Shown here: piece after piece, positions 39,488 to 46,750 of the stretch
How positions within the stretch are numbered: position 1 is the stretch's first letter
Layout: every line of letters starts with the position of its first letter
NCBI GenBank assembly: GCA_015068765.1
Contig: SVJY01000001.1
Coordinates: 6,863 to 70,862 of the forward strand
Direction of reading: 5' to 3'
DNA: 64,000 bases
Origin: Oscillospiraceae bacterium
Lineage (GTDB): Bacteria; Bacillota; Clostridia; UMGS1883; UMGS1540
Notes under the pieces: model-generated
What the model saw: the letters and a program-made list of their open reading frames with translations, nothing else
Databases searched by the model: none
What the model was told of the DNA's origin: nothing
Program-made: the position numbers and the translations under genes

Positions 39488-39514
39488 AACAAACCTCCTT
39501 TGGTTATGGGATTC

Positions 39515-39811
39515 TTAATGCATCATTTTCCGAAGAAGCTTTAGAAGCTCCTCCACCGTTTCATCCTTTCCCTGCCGGATATCCTCCGTCACGCAGGAAC
39601 GAATGTGGCTTGCCAGAAGCTCTCGGCTGAATGCATCGATAGCCGCATTCACAGCGGCAGTTTGCGTTAGAATGTCAGGACAGTAGGCATTATTTTCTAC
39701 CATGCCCCGGATGCCCCGCAGCTGTCCTTCAATACGGGCAAGCCGGTTTAAAAGGGCTTTATACTCTGCTTCCTCTCGTATTTTTGTCTTATGACAGGCA
39801 CATTTATCCAT
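39515..39811 (-). CDS. csoR: Copper-sensing repressor CsoR
   Basis: 98 aa from ATG 39811 (RBS GGAGGTG). LNRLARIEGQLRGIRGMVEN.AYCPDIL.Q..AV..A......L.SH...C carries the Cys-His-Cys Cu(I) ligand pattern. Confidence 0.92.
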   Translation of the reverse strand: MDKCACHKTKIREEAEYKALLNRLARIEGQLRGIRGMVENNAYCPDILTQTAAVNAAIDAFSRELLASHIRSCVTEDIRQGKDETVEELLKLLRKMMH

Positions 39812-39825
39812 AGTAAACACCTCCG

Positions 39826-39846
39826 AAATACCCCCTGGGGGTATTT
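39826..39846. promoter_or_regulatory. CsoR operator (perfect palindrome)
   Basis: AAATACCCCC-T-GGGGGTATTT lies between the -10 and the RBS of csoR-copA. It matches the known CsoR operator style (TACCC..GGGTA). Confidence 0.8.
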
Positions 39847-39848
39847 GT

Positions 39849-39877
39849 AGTATATCCTATTTTGATCGGCTTGTCAA
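39849..39877 (-). promoter_or_regulatory. Promoter of csoR-copA
   Basis: Minus strand: -35 TTGACA (39872-39877), 17-bp spacer, -10 TATACT (39849-39854). Confidence 0.75.
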
Positions 39878-39904
39878 GAAAAAAATTATTTTTTATAAAA
39901 AGTA

Positions 39905-39933
39905 TTGACAGTATAGGCACTTTGTGGTAGAAT
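39905..39933 (+). promoter_or_regulatory. Promoter of feoAB
   Basis: -35 TTGACA (39905-39910), 17-bp spacer ending in TGg, -10 TAGAAT (39928-39933). Confidence 0.7.
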
Positions 39934-39939
39934 AATCGA

Positions 39940-39957
39940 AGTTAGTTAAGACTAATT
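39940..39957. promoter_or_regulatory. Operator-like box 1, AGTTAG-N6-CTAATT (DtxR/IdeR-like)
   Basis: AGTTAGTTAAGACTAATT starts at about +1 of the feo promoter. It shares AAGTTAGT...CTAATT with box 2. Confidence 0.5.
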
Positions 39958-39971
39958 TTTTTATAAATAAA

Positions 39972-39989
39972 AGTTAGTCTATCCTAATT
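39972..39989. promoter_or_regulatory. Operator-like box 2, AGTTAG-N6-CTAATT
   Basis: AGTTAGTCTATCCTAATT lies 32 bp (about three helical turns) downstream of box 1, in the feoA leader. Confidence 0.5.
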
Positions 39990-40014
39990 CAAAAAACAGA
40001 AACGGGTGAGCAGA

Positions 40015-40227
40015 ATGAATTTACGTATGGCAGAAGAAGGAAAAGAATATTGTGTCCGTGCCATTGAAACGGACGATGCGGAGCTGGACGGCTTCCTGTT
40101 TTCGCTGGGATGCTACAGCGGAGAACCGATTACAGTTATTTCCCATCGAAAAGGCGGCTGTATTGTTTCTATTAAGGACGGACGTTATAATATTGACACA
40201 CAGCTGGCGGAGGCTATCAAGATATAG
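40015..40227 (+). CDS. feoA: Ferrous iron transport protein FeoA
   Basis: About 70 aa, SH3-like FeoA (L..A..G.EY.V..I....EL...L.SLG...GE.I.V). The start is ATG 40015 or GTG 40006. Confidence 0.88.
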   Translation: MNLRMAEEGKEYCVRAIETDDAELDGFLFSLGCYSGEPITVISHRKGGCIVSIKDGRYNIDTQLAEAIKI

Positions 40228-40249
40228 CACAGCGTTTTTTTTGCGCAAA

Positions 40250-40267
40250 GGTTAGTTTTCGCTAACT
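40250..40267. promoter_or_regulatory. Operator-like box 3, GGTTAG-N6-CTAACT, between feoA and feoB
   Basis: GGTTAGTTTTCGCTAACT has 5-bp perfect arms (GTTAG/CTAAC). It lies 9 nt upstream of the feoB RBS (AAGGAGG). It could instead act as an RNA hairpin. Confidence 0.4.
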
Positions 40268-40289
40268 AAAATTTAAGGAGGAAAAACAA

Positions 40290-42290
40290 ATGCGAATTGC
40301 ACTGACTGGCAATCCGAACAGCGGCAAGACAACAATGTATAATGCCTTGACAGGACGGAATGAAAAAGTCGGTAACTGGGCAGGCGTTACCGTCGAGAAA
40401 AAAGAACATCCAATTAAGAAAGGGTTTTACGGGAAAGGGGAAGCACCGATAGCGGTTGATCTTCCGGGAGCATACTCCATGTCTCCCTTCACTTCGGAGG
40501 AAAGCATTACAAGTGATTACGTTCGGAACGAAAAACCGGATGCAGTTATTAATATTGTAGATGCTACAAATCTGAGTCGAAGCCTGTTTTTTACCACACA
40601 GCTTCTGGAATTAGGGGTTCCGGTGGTTGTGGCACTGAATAAAACGGATATAAGTAATAAAAAAGGAACAAAGATTGATGTGAAGGCATTAGAAGAGAAA
40701 TTAGGCTGTCCGGTGATTCGGACCGTTTCCACCTCTATGAAAGGGCTAAAAGAGGTAGTGGAGGCGGCAGTGGCGAGCTGCGGGAAGGTACAGGCGGCAC
40801 CTTTTTCACAGGGCGAGGTAGATTTTACAAGCAAACAGGCAGTGGAAGCTGCAGACAGAAGACGATTTGCGTTTGTAAATGCGGTTGTAGCCTTTGCGGA
40901 AAAACGTAAGACACGCACAAAAGAAAAAAATACACAGGATAAAATCGATACAATTCTCACGAATAAATGGCTTGGCATTCCCATTTTTGCAGTAGTTATG
41001 TTCCTTGTGTTTCAGATTTCTCAAGGCTGGGTCGGTCCATGGATTGCGGAAGGCTATGAATTTGCAAACGGTACAGCCGTTCCCGGTCTTGTGACGTTGA
41101 TTGAAGCATTCGGCGAATGGGTCGGCGGACTTCTGGAAGGAGCCAACCCACTTCTTTCCGCCCTTCTCGTTGACGGTATCATTGGTGGCGTGGGTGCGGT
41201 TGTAGGCTTTCTGCCTCTCGTCATGGTCATGTATTTTCTGATTGCACTTTTGGAAGACTGTGGATATATGTCCCGTGTCTCCGTGGTGCTTGACCCGATT
41301 TTCAAGAAGGTTGGTCTTTCCGGAAAATCCGCAATTCCCTTCGTGATCGGTACCGGCTGTGCCATTCCCGGCGTTATGGCATGTCGGACGATTCGTAACG
41401 AGCGGGAGCGGAGGTGTGCGGCGATGCTTACACCGTTCATGCCCTGTGGAGCGAAGCTGCCGGTAATTGCCCTGTTTGCAGGTGCTTTCTTCGAGGATGC
41501 TTCCTGGGTAGGTACGCTTATGTATTTTGCCGGTATCGTGATTATCTTCCTTGGCGCACTCCTGATCAATAAGCTTACAGGCTACAAAGCACGCAAAACC
41601 TTCTTCATTATTGAATTGCCGGAATATAAAGCACCAAGTCTAGGGCGTGCATTCAAATCTATGTGCGGCCGCGGCTGGGCGTATATCGTTAAGGCGGCGA
41701 CAATTATTCTCCTATGTAACACAGCCGTACAGATTATGCAGACCTTTGATTGGCAGTTTTCCGTGGCAGAAACAGCAGATGCTTCTATTCTGGCGTCTTT
41801 GGCAGGTCCGTTTGCCTATCTGCTGATTCCCATTGTGGGCGTACTTTCCTGGCAGCTGGCTGCGGCGGCGATCACCGGCTTTATCGCAAAAGAGAATGTG
41901 GTTGGGACATTGGCAGTGTGCTTTGTCGGTCTTGAAAACCTCATTGACACGGAAGAACTGGCACTTATGGAAGGTGCAGGTGCAGAGGTAGCCTCTGTAT
42001 TCGCTATCACGAAGGTTGCGGCACTTGCCTATCTGATGTTTAACCTTTTTACGCCGCCCTGCTTTGCGGCAATCGGGGCCATGCGTGCGGAAATGAAGAG
42101 TGCAAAATGGCTCTGGGGCGGTATTGCACTACAGCTTGGCGTAGGCTTTACAGCGGGGTATCTTGTATACCAGATTGGTACACTTGTTACCACCGGGGTG
42201 CCCGGTGCAGGCTTTCTCGGCGGTCTTATTGCCATCGCTGCAATGGTTGCTATAGTCCTGTATCTGTACGTGCATTCCGACAAGAAGTAA
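40290..42290 (+). CDS. feoB: Ferrous iron transporter FeoB
   Basis: 666 aa. N-terminal G-domain (GNPNSGKTTMYNALTG, DLPG, NKTD) and a polytopic membrane domain with gate motifs. Confidence 0.96.
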   Translation: MRIALTGNPNSGKTTMYNALTGRNEKVGNWAGVTVEKKEHPIKKGFYGKGEAPIAVDLPGAYSMSPFTSEESITSDYVRNEKPDAVINIVDATNLSRSLFFTTQLLELGVPVVVALNKTDISNKKGTKIDVKALEEKLGCPVIRTVSTSMKGLKEVVEAAVASCGKVQAAPFSQGEVDFTSKQAVEAADRRRFAFVNAVVAFAEKRKTRTKEKNTQDKIDTILTNKWLGIPIFAVVMFLVFQISQGWVGPWIAEGYEFANGTAVPGLVTLIEAFGEWVGGLLEGANPLLSALLVDGIIGGVGAVVGFLPLVMVMYFLIALLEDCGYMSRVSVVLDPIFKKVGLSGKSAIPFVIGTGCAIPGVMACRTIRNERERRCAAMLTPFMPCGAKLPVIALFAGAFFEDASWVGTLMYFAGIVIIFLGALLINKLTGYKARKTFFIIELPEYKAPSLGRAFKSMCGRGWAYIVKAATIILLCNTAVQIMQTFDWQFSVAETADASILASLAGPFAYLLIPIVGVLSWQLAAAAITGFIAKENVVGTLAVCFVGLENLIDTEELALMEGAGAEVASVFAITKVAALAYLMFNLFTPPCFAAIGAMRAEMKSAKWLWGGIALQLGVGFTAGYLVYQIGTLVTTGVPGAGFLGGLIAIAAMVAIVLYLYVHSDKK

Positions 42291-42327
42291 AAGGCGATTG
42301 CAGCGGTCAAAGCGAAGAATAAATGGG

Positions 42328-42356
42328 TTGACAGTATCCTGCAATTTGTATATAAT
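42328..42356 (+). promoter_or_regulatory. Perfect-consensus sigma-A promoter of the LRR surface protein gene
   Basis: -35 TTGACA (42328-42333), 17-bp spacer, -10 TATAAT (42351-42356). Confidence 0.8.
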
Positions 42357-42416
42357 GAATGGTAGGATATATGTATTGTAAAAAACAGGAGATACAGCAG
42401 TAAAGGAGGGGACGGC

Positions 42417-44534
42417 ATGAAAAAAATTCTATCCATTATTTTAGCGGCGGTGTTATGCTTTGGATATGGCTCGGCGGTGCAAGCGGACGGGGAGGATGGT
42501 CCGGAAAGACCGGCGGTGCAGTATGCAGACGGATTTTATTTTGTGGTGACAGACGAAGTGGCGAAGGAAGCACAGATTACCGGCTGCAACGAAAACGTAC
42601 TAACGGGGTTGGAGCTGGTAATTCCGGAAACGATTGGGGAATACAAGGTGACGAGCTTTGGAAAGGAAGCCTTTGCGTATACCCATTTTACCGCCTGCGA
42701 CCTGTCGGCAGTTCCCAATCTTTCCGAAAGCATGTTTTACGGTAGTGCACTTAAGACCGTAAAATTTTCGGAGGAAACCACGGAAATCCCAAGGAGCTGC
42801 TTTGCCGGCGGTTGTAAGCTTTATACTGTATCGTTACCGGAGGGGCTACGGTATATCGGAGAATTTGCCTTCTCGGGCATAGAGGCGAAAGAAATTGTTT
42901 TGCCCTCCACAATAGAATCCTTCGGTGGGCTTGCCTTTAATGACTGTACGAGATTGGAAACCTTGGTTTTTCAGACGCCGGAGGAGGGTGGCCTTCGTTT
43001 TCTGGGCGAGGACGGAACGCTACCGATTTTCGAGGCAGGAAATCTGAAAAAGCTGGTACTGCCGGAAACGGTTACGTACATTGCCCCCGGAGAATTTAAG
43101 AGAGTGGAGTTTACGGCACACGGTACACATGTCCTTTCGGCAGACACGTCAAAGCTGACGATTTACGCTCCCGCCGGCTCGTATGCCCAAAGCTATGCCG
43201 CTGAAAACGCCATTGCCTTTTCGGCTATGGACGAGCCATATATAAAGGAAGAGGTACAGGAAAAGCAGAAGGTGATCTTTTACGCATCCATTCCGAATCA
43301 CGGAAATCTGCGAGCGGCATTTGCAGACTTTACGGAGGACAGCACTTCAGATTTTACACGGAAAAGTACAACGATTCAAGGCAGAGGCGACGGAACGTAT
43401 AACGTAACGGTATCGCTTATGCCTACGGGGGACAGAAAATTTACTTCAGAAGTACAGGTTATGGAGGAAGTACGGATTAACGGCAGTGCTCCCATCGCCG
43501 TCACGCTTTTGGAGGACGGCGGTGCCGAAGTTACGGGCTTTTGTTATAACGGTAGCGGCAAGCATGCCGACCAGCTTTACAGGCTCGGTCTTTCAAAGGG
43601 TATCGGCACGGGCGAGGACGGAAGACCCATGTTCGAACTTGCTGCTACAGCGACCCGAGCGGAAGCCGTAGCGATGCTGGTGCGGCTTCAGGGCTGCGAA
43701 GAACAGGCAAAAGGCTATGGAAAAACCCATCCGTTTGCAGATGTTCCGGCGTGGGCGGACGGGTATATTTCGCTGGCGTATGACCGGGGATGGACGAATG
43801 GCGTTTCCGATACGCTTTTTGACGCCGAGAGCCCCGTCAGCCGAGAAATGTTCCTCACGTTCATGCTTCGTGCCTTGTGGTATAGCGACAGTGAAGAAAT
43901 CGGGAAGGATTTTGAATGGGACAATCCGTATGCCCTGGCCAAAAGCGTCGGCATATGGGAATATGCCTATAACGACGAAAGCTTTCTGCGTATGGAGATG
44001 TTTGACATAGCGTTTTCTGCTCTTTTTGCATATATAAGAGGCAGGGGGCAGCTGTACGAGCAGCTGATTACCTACGGCGCCTTTACCCCGGAGGAATGGA
44101 ATACAGCGATTTATGAAAGGGATAACGCAGATACGGCTTATACACAGCTTCGGAGCCGGACCACGTCCGAGATTGGCTTATTCAGAAACGCATATTTTGC
44201 AGACCGGGGGCCGACCTTCGGTACGGTGCTGCAGGGAACGAGCTTCGGCCGACCGACGGGCGGCGTACTCTGCCTTGTGTATAACGATAATATGCACGTG
44301 CCGGAAAGTGGGGAAAAGCGGATTTTCCTGCCCCTGCCGCAGGCGGATTTGGAGGGCAACCTTGCCGAGCCGGAAAACTGCGGCTTTAGTGCGGACCAGG
44401 CAAAATTCCACTATTTTTGCACATTTGCCGAGCCGCTGACGGACGGGAAAACGGTTTTACGGGAGGCTGGTACGTATGCCTATACGACAGATATTGCAAC
44501 AGGAGAGACAACATTTGAAATTTTACTGCAATAA
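42417..44534 (+). CDS. Secreted surface protein with BspA-type leucine-rich repeats and an SLH-like segment
   Basis: 705 aa. Signal peptide MKKILSIILAAVLCFGYGSAVQA. Repeated ..IP..V..IG..AF..C..L..V.. units (LRR_5 style). Central ATRAEAVAMLVRLQG / FADVP.WADGYISLAYDRGWTNG is an SLH-like motif. Confidence 0.8.
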   Translation: MKKILSIILAAVLCFGYGSAVQADGEDGPERPAVQYADGFYFVVTDEVAKEAQITGCNENVLTGLELVIPETIGEYKVTSFGKEAFAYTHFTACDLSAVPNLSESMFYGSALKTVKFSEETTEIPRSCFAGGCKLYTVSLPEGLRYIGEFAFSGIEAKEIVLPSTIESFGGLAFNDCTRLETLVFQTPEEGGLRFLGEDGTLPIFEAGNLKKLVLPETVTYIAPGEFKRVEFTAHGTHVLSADTSKLTIYAPAGSYAQSYAAENAIAFSAMDEPYIKEEVQEKQKVIFYASIPNHGNLRAAFADFTEDSTSDFTRKSTTIQGRGDGTYNVTVSLMPTGDRKFTSEVQVMEEVRINGSAPIAVTLLEDGGAEVTGFCYNGSGKHADQLYRLGLSKGIGTGEDGRPMFELAATATRAEAVAMLVRLQGCEEQAKGYGKTHPFADVPAWADGYISLAYDRGWTNGVSDTLFDAESPVSREMFLTFMLRALWYSDSEEIGKDFEWDNPYALAKSVGIWEYAYNDESFLRMEMFDIAFSALFAYIRGRGQLYEQLITYGAFTPEEWNTAIYERDNADTAYTQLRSRTTSEIGLFRNAYFADRGPTFGTVLQGTSFGRPTGGVLCLVYNDNMHVPESGEKRIFLPLPQADLEGNLAEPENCGFSADQAKFHYFCTFAEPLTDGKTVLREAGTYAYTTDIATGETTFEILLQ

Positions 44535-44597
44535 AAAAAGCTTGTCGATGTAGAAAGACGCTTCATCGTACCATACTATAAAAAGGAGGTTTTCACT

Positions 44598-44753
44598 GTG
44601 CAAAATGTTATTATCATTGCCGTTTTATTGCTTTGCGTGGGACTGGCCGTCTACGCTATATATAAGGCAAAGAAGAATGGAAAGCGGTGTATCGGCTGTC
44701 CTGACAGCGGAAATTGCGGGAAAGACTGTAGCTGTTGTGACAAAGAGTTATAA
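44598..44753 (+). CDS. FeoB-associated Cys-rich membrane protein (51 aa), absent from the ORF track
   Basis: RBS AAAAGGAGG lies 7 nt before GTG 44598. Translation: (M)QNVIIIAVLLLCVGLAVYAIYKAKKNGKRCIGCPDSGNCGKDCSCCDKEL. One TM segment, a basic stretch and a CxxC-rich tail, which is the architecture of the small FeoB-associated family. The track instead lists an overlapping 131-aa ORF in another frame (44605..45000). Confidence 0.7.
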   Translation: MQNVIIIAVLLLCVGLAVYAIYKAKKNGKRCIGCPDSGNCGKDCSCCDKEL

Positions 44754-44786
44754 CCGGCATAGTACGCAGAAAATTACAGGAATCGC

Positions 44787-44816
44787 TTTACAAAAGCCAC
44801 TCGAATGTGGTATAGT
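44787..44816 (+). promoter_or_regulatory. Candidate promoter of the lipoprotein gene
   Basis: -35 TTTACA (44787-44792), 18-bp spacer ending in TGg, -10 TATAGT (44811-44816). Confidence 0.5.
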
Positions 44817-44890
44817 ATATACGTCCGAGAAAAAGCAGAATATTCCGAAGTGCTTTTTTCGGAACTTACAACTTTTAGGGGGAAAAGAGA

Positions 44891-45529
44891 ATGAAAAAGA
44901 CAATATGTGTGCTGATGCTTCTTTGCATAACACTGCTGACTGCCTGTGGAAGCGACGAAACGAAGAACAAGGTACCCAAAGCTTCTCCAAAGCCGACTGA
45001 AACCGCCCGGCACACTGCCGAGCCGGTGCCTACACCTACGCTTCTGCTTCCCATATCCTCGCCAACAACCTTTACGTTTTGCAGTGGGGTAGGGGCATGG
45101 AGCACAACCGTGGAACTAAATAAAGACGGCACATTCTCCGGTCATTTTTCCGATGCAAATGCAGGCGAAACCGGCGAAGGATACATAGCAACAGTCTATC
45201 TGTGTGACTTTGCGGGAAATTTTTCGGATATTAAAAAGGTAGACACCTATTCCTATTCCATGACCCTTTCCGATCTCACAACGACCGAGAAGTCAGACAC
45301 AGAAAAGATTGAAGAGGAAGTGCGGTACGTATACACAACGCCCTATGGCCTGGAAGGCGGCGAGGAGATACTTTTATTCCTTCCCGGCATACCGATAGAG
45401 GATTTGCCGGAAGCATTTTTAAACTGGTATCCGGGTGACAGGGAGTACATTACCTCGCCGGAAGGCGAACTGAACTGCTACGGTTTGTATAATGTGGCAC
45501 AGGAGCAGGGCTTTTTCAGTGAGGTGTAG
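44891..45529 (+). CDS. Hypothetical lipoprotein
   Basis: 212 aa. Lipobox LLTAC after a signal peptide, then a Pro/Thr-rich linker and a globular domain with no motif I recognise. Confidence 0.75.
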   Translation: MKKTICVLMLLCITLLTACGSDETKNKVPKASPKPTETARHTAEPVPTPTLLLPISSPTTFTFCSGVGAWSTTVELNKDGTFSGHFSDANAGETGEGYIATVYLCDFAGNFSDIKKVDTYSYSMTLSDLTTTEKSDTEKIEEEVRYVYTTPYGLEGGEEILLFLPGIPIEDLPEAFLNWYPGDREYITSPEGELNCYGLYNVAQEQGFFSEV

Positions 45530-45541
45530 GGGAGAGATATT

Positions 45542-45880
45542 GTGTTAAGAGAAACCAAATGGGAGCTTTTCTGCATTCTGGCGGTTATGTTCGGCATGCC
45601 CCTTGCCGCAAAAAAGCTTGTGCCGGCAGACGAAGGAATGGCGGCGGTGCTTTTGCTGTTTTTTGTGATAAACCCTACAGTTTCGGTATTTATGGGCATA
45701 CGGGCAGGGCGAAATATTAAAAAACGGTGGCATCTGCCTCTTGTGACAGCCTTAGGCTTCCTGATTTTTGCGTGGCTTTTGTTCTCGGCACAGGAAATGG
45801 GCTTTGTGCTTTATGCAGGGATATATCTTGTGCTGGGCTATGTCATTATGTTGAGCACGGCGATGCTATGCCGGAAATGA
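45542..45880 (+). CDS. Hypothetical small membrane protein (3-4 TM segments)
   Basis: 112 aa. GTG start behind GGGGAGAG. Hydrophobic segments FCILAVMFGMPLAA, AAVLLLFFVINPTVSVFMGI, LVTALGFLIFAWLLF and VLYAGIYLVLGYVIML. Confidence 0.6.
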   Translation: MLRETKWELFCILAVMFGMPLAAKKLVPADEGMAAVLLLFFVINPTVSVFMGIRAGRNIKKRWHLPLVTALGFLIFAWLLFSAQEMGFVLYAGIYLVLGYVIMLSTAMLCRK

Positions 45881-45881
45881 A

Positions 45882-45936
45882 GGGCCTGTGGCAAAATGAT
45901 TTTTAAATCAGATTGCCTACAGACCCTTGATTTTGG
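45882..45936 (+). terminator. Imperfect long hairpin plus T-rich tail after the membrane protein gene
   Basis: GGGCCTGTGGCAA...TTGCCTACAGACCC with inner stem TGATTT/AAATCA, followed by TTGATTTTGGG. Confidence 0.4.
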
Positions 45937-45958
45937 GCTGTTTTAGAAACAGAAGGAG

Positions 45959-46657
45959 ATGGAGAGAGTGAAAATTTACGGTTTACAGAAGCTGACGCTT
46001 TTAGATTATCCGGGGCATACAGCTTGTACCGTGTTTACGGGCGGCTGTAATTTCCGTTGTCCGTTTTGCCACAACGCAGGGCTGGTTACGGAGATTGACC
46101 CGGCGGCTACCATGGAGGAGGATGCGTTTTTCAAATTCCTTGCAAAGCGGCAAGGCGTTTTAGACGGTGTGTGTATCACCGGCGGGGAACCGCTTTTGCA
46201 GCCGGATATCCGGGACTTTATAGAGAAGATAAAAAATGATGGCTTCCGCGTGAAGCTGGACACAAACGGCAGCTTCCCCGATACGCTCAAAAGCCTCATA
46301 GATGCCCGACTTTTAGACTATGTGGCGATGGATGTGAAAAATGCCATCGACAAGTACAGCCGGACGGCAGGCGTGACAGTGGACACGGCGGCGGTGGAGA
46401 AAAGCATTGACCTCCTTTTGGAGGGCAGAGTGGACTATGAATTCCGCACCACGGTGGTAAAAGAGCTGCACACGGAGGAGGATATTGAAAAAATTGCCGC
46501 CCGTATCCGGGGGGCAAAGCGATTTTTCCTCCAAAATTTTGTAGATTCTGAAAATTTAATCGGGGAAGGATTTTCTGCCCACAGCCCCGAAAACATGGAA
46601 AGAATGCGGCTTCGAGCCACTCCCTATGTACAAGATACAGCCCTTCGAGGGATATAA
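45959..46657 (+). CDS. nrdG: Anaerobic ribonucleoside-triphosphate reductase activating protein (radical SAM)
   Basis: 232 aa. DYPGHTACTVFTGGCNFRCPFCHN cluster motif, GVCITGGEPL. The start is ATG 45959 or, with better SD spacing, GTG 45968. Confidence 0.9.
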   Translation: MERVKIYGLQKLTLLDYPGHTACTVFTGGCNFRCPFCHNAGLVTEIDPAATMEEDAFFKFLAKRQGVLDGVCITGGEPLLQPDIRDFIEKIKNDGFRVKLDTNGSFPDTLKSLIDARLLDYVAMDVKNAIDKYSRTAGVTVDTAAVEKSIDLLLEGRVDYEFRTTVVKELHTEEDIEKIAARIRGAKRFFLQNFVDSENLIGEGFSAHSPENMERMRLRATPYVQDTALRGI

Positions 46658-46659
46658 AA

Positions 46660-46675
46660 ACACAATATATATAAA
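46660..46675. promoter_or_regulatory. NrdR-box-like site 1
   Basis: ACACAATATATATAAA matches 12 of 16 positions of the NrdR consensus acaCwAtATaTwGtgt. Confidence 0.45.
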
Positions 46676-46681
46676 TTTTTC

Positions 46682-46710
46682 TTGACATGACACCATATAT
46701 ATGGTAGAAT
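46682..46710 (+). promoter_or_regulatory. Promoter of nrdD
   Basis: -35 TTGACA (46682-46687), 17-bp spacer ending in TGg, -10 TAGAAT (46705-46710). Confidence 0.75.
46690..46705. promoter_or_regulatory. NrdR-box-like site 2 (overlaps the promoter spacer)
   Basis: ACACCATATATATGGT has a perfect palindromic core (ACCATATATATGGT) and matches 13 of 16 consensus positions. It lies 30 bp from site 1. Confidence 0.6.
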
Positions 46711-46750
46711 AGATGCAGACACACAATTAAATAAAAAAGGAGATGAAAGT

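Noticed and set aside
42291-44597. LRR surface-protein gene as a mobile-element insertion
   Set aside because: I found no flanking direct or inverted repeats, integrase, transposase or obvious compositional break. It is retained only as a synteny question in the findings.
44605-45000. 131-aa track ORF overlapping the small Cys-rich ORF, an intergenic promoter and the lipoprotein gene start
   Set aside because: It crosses a promoter and leader and overlaps the lipoprotein start. The alternative frame from GTG 44598 has a proper SD and yields a product with the FeoB-associated small-protein architecture.
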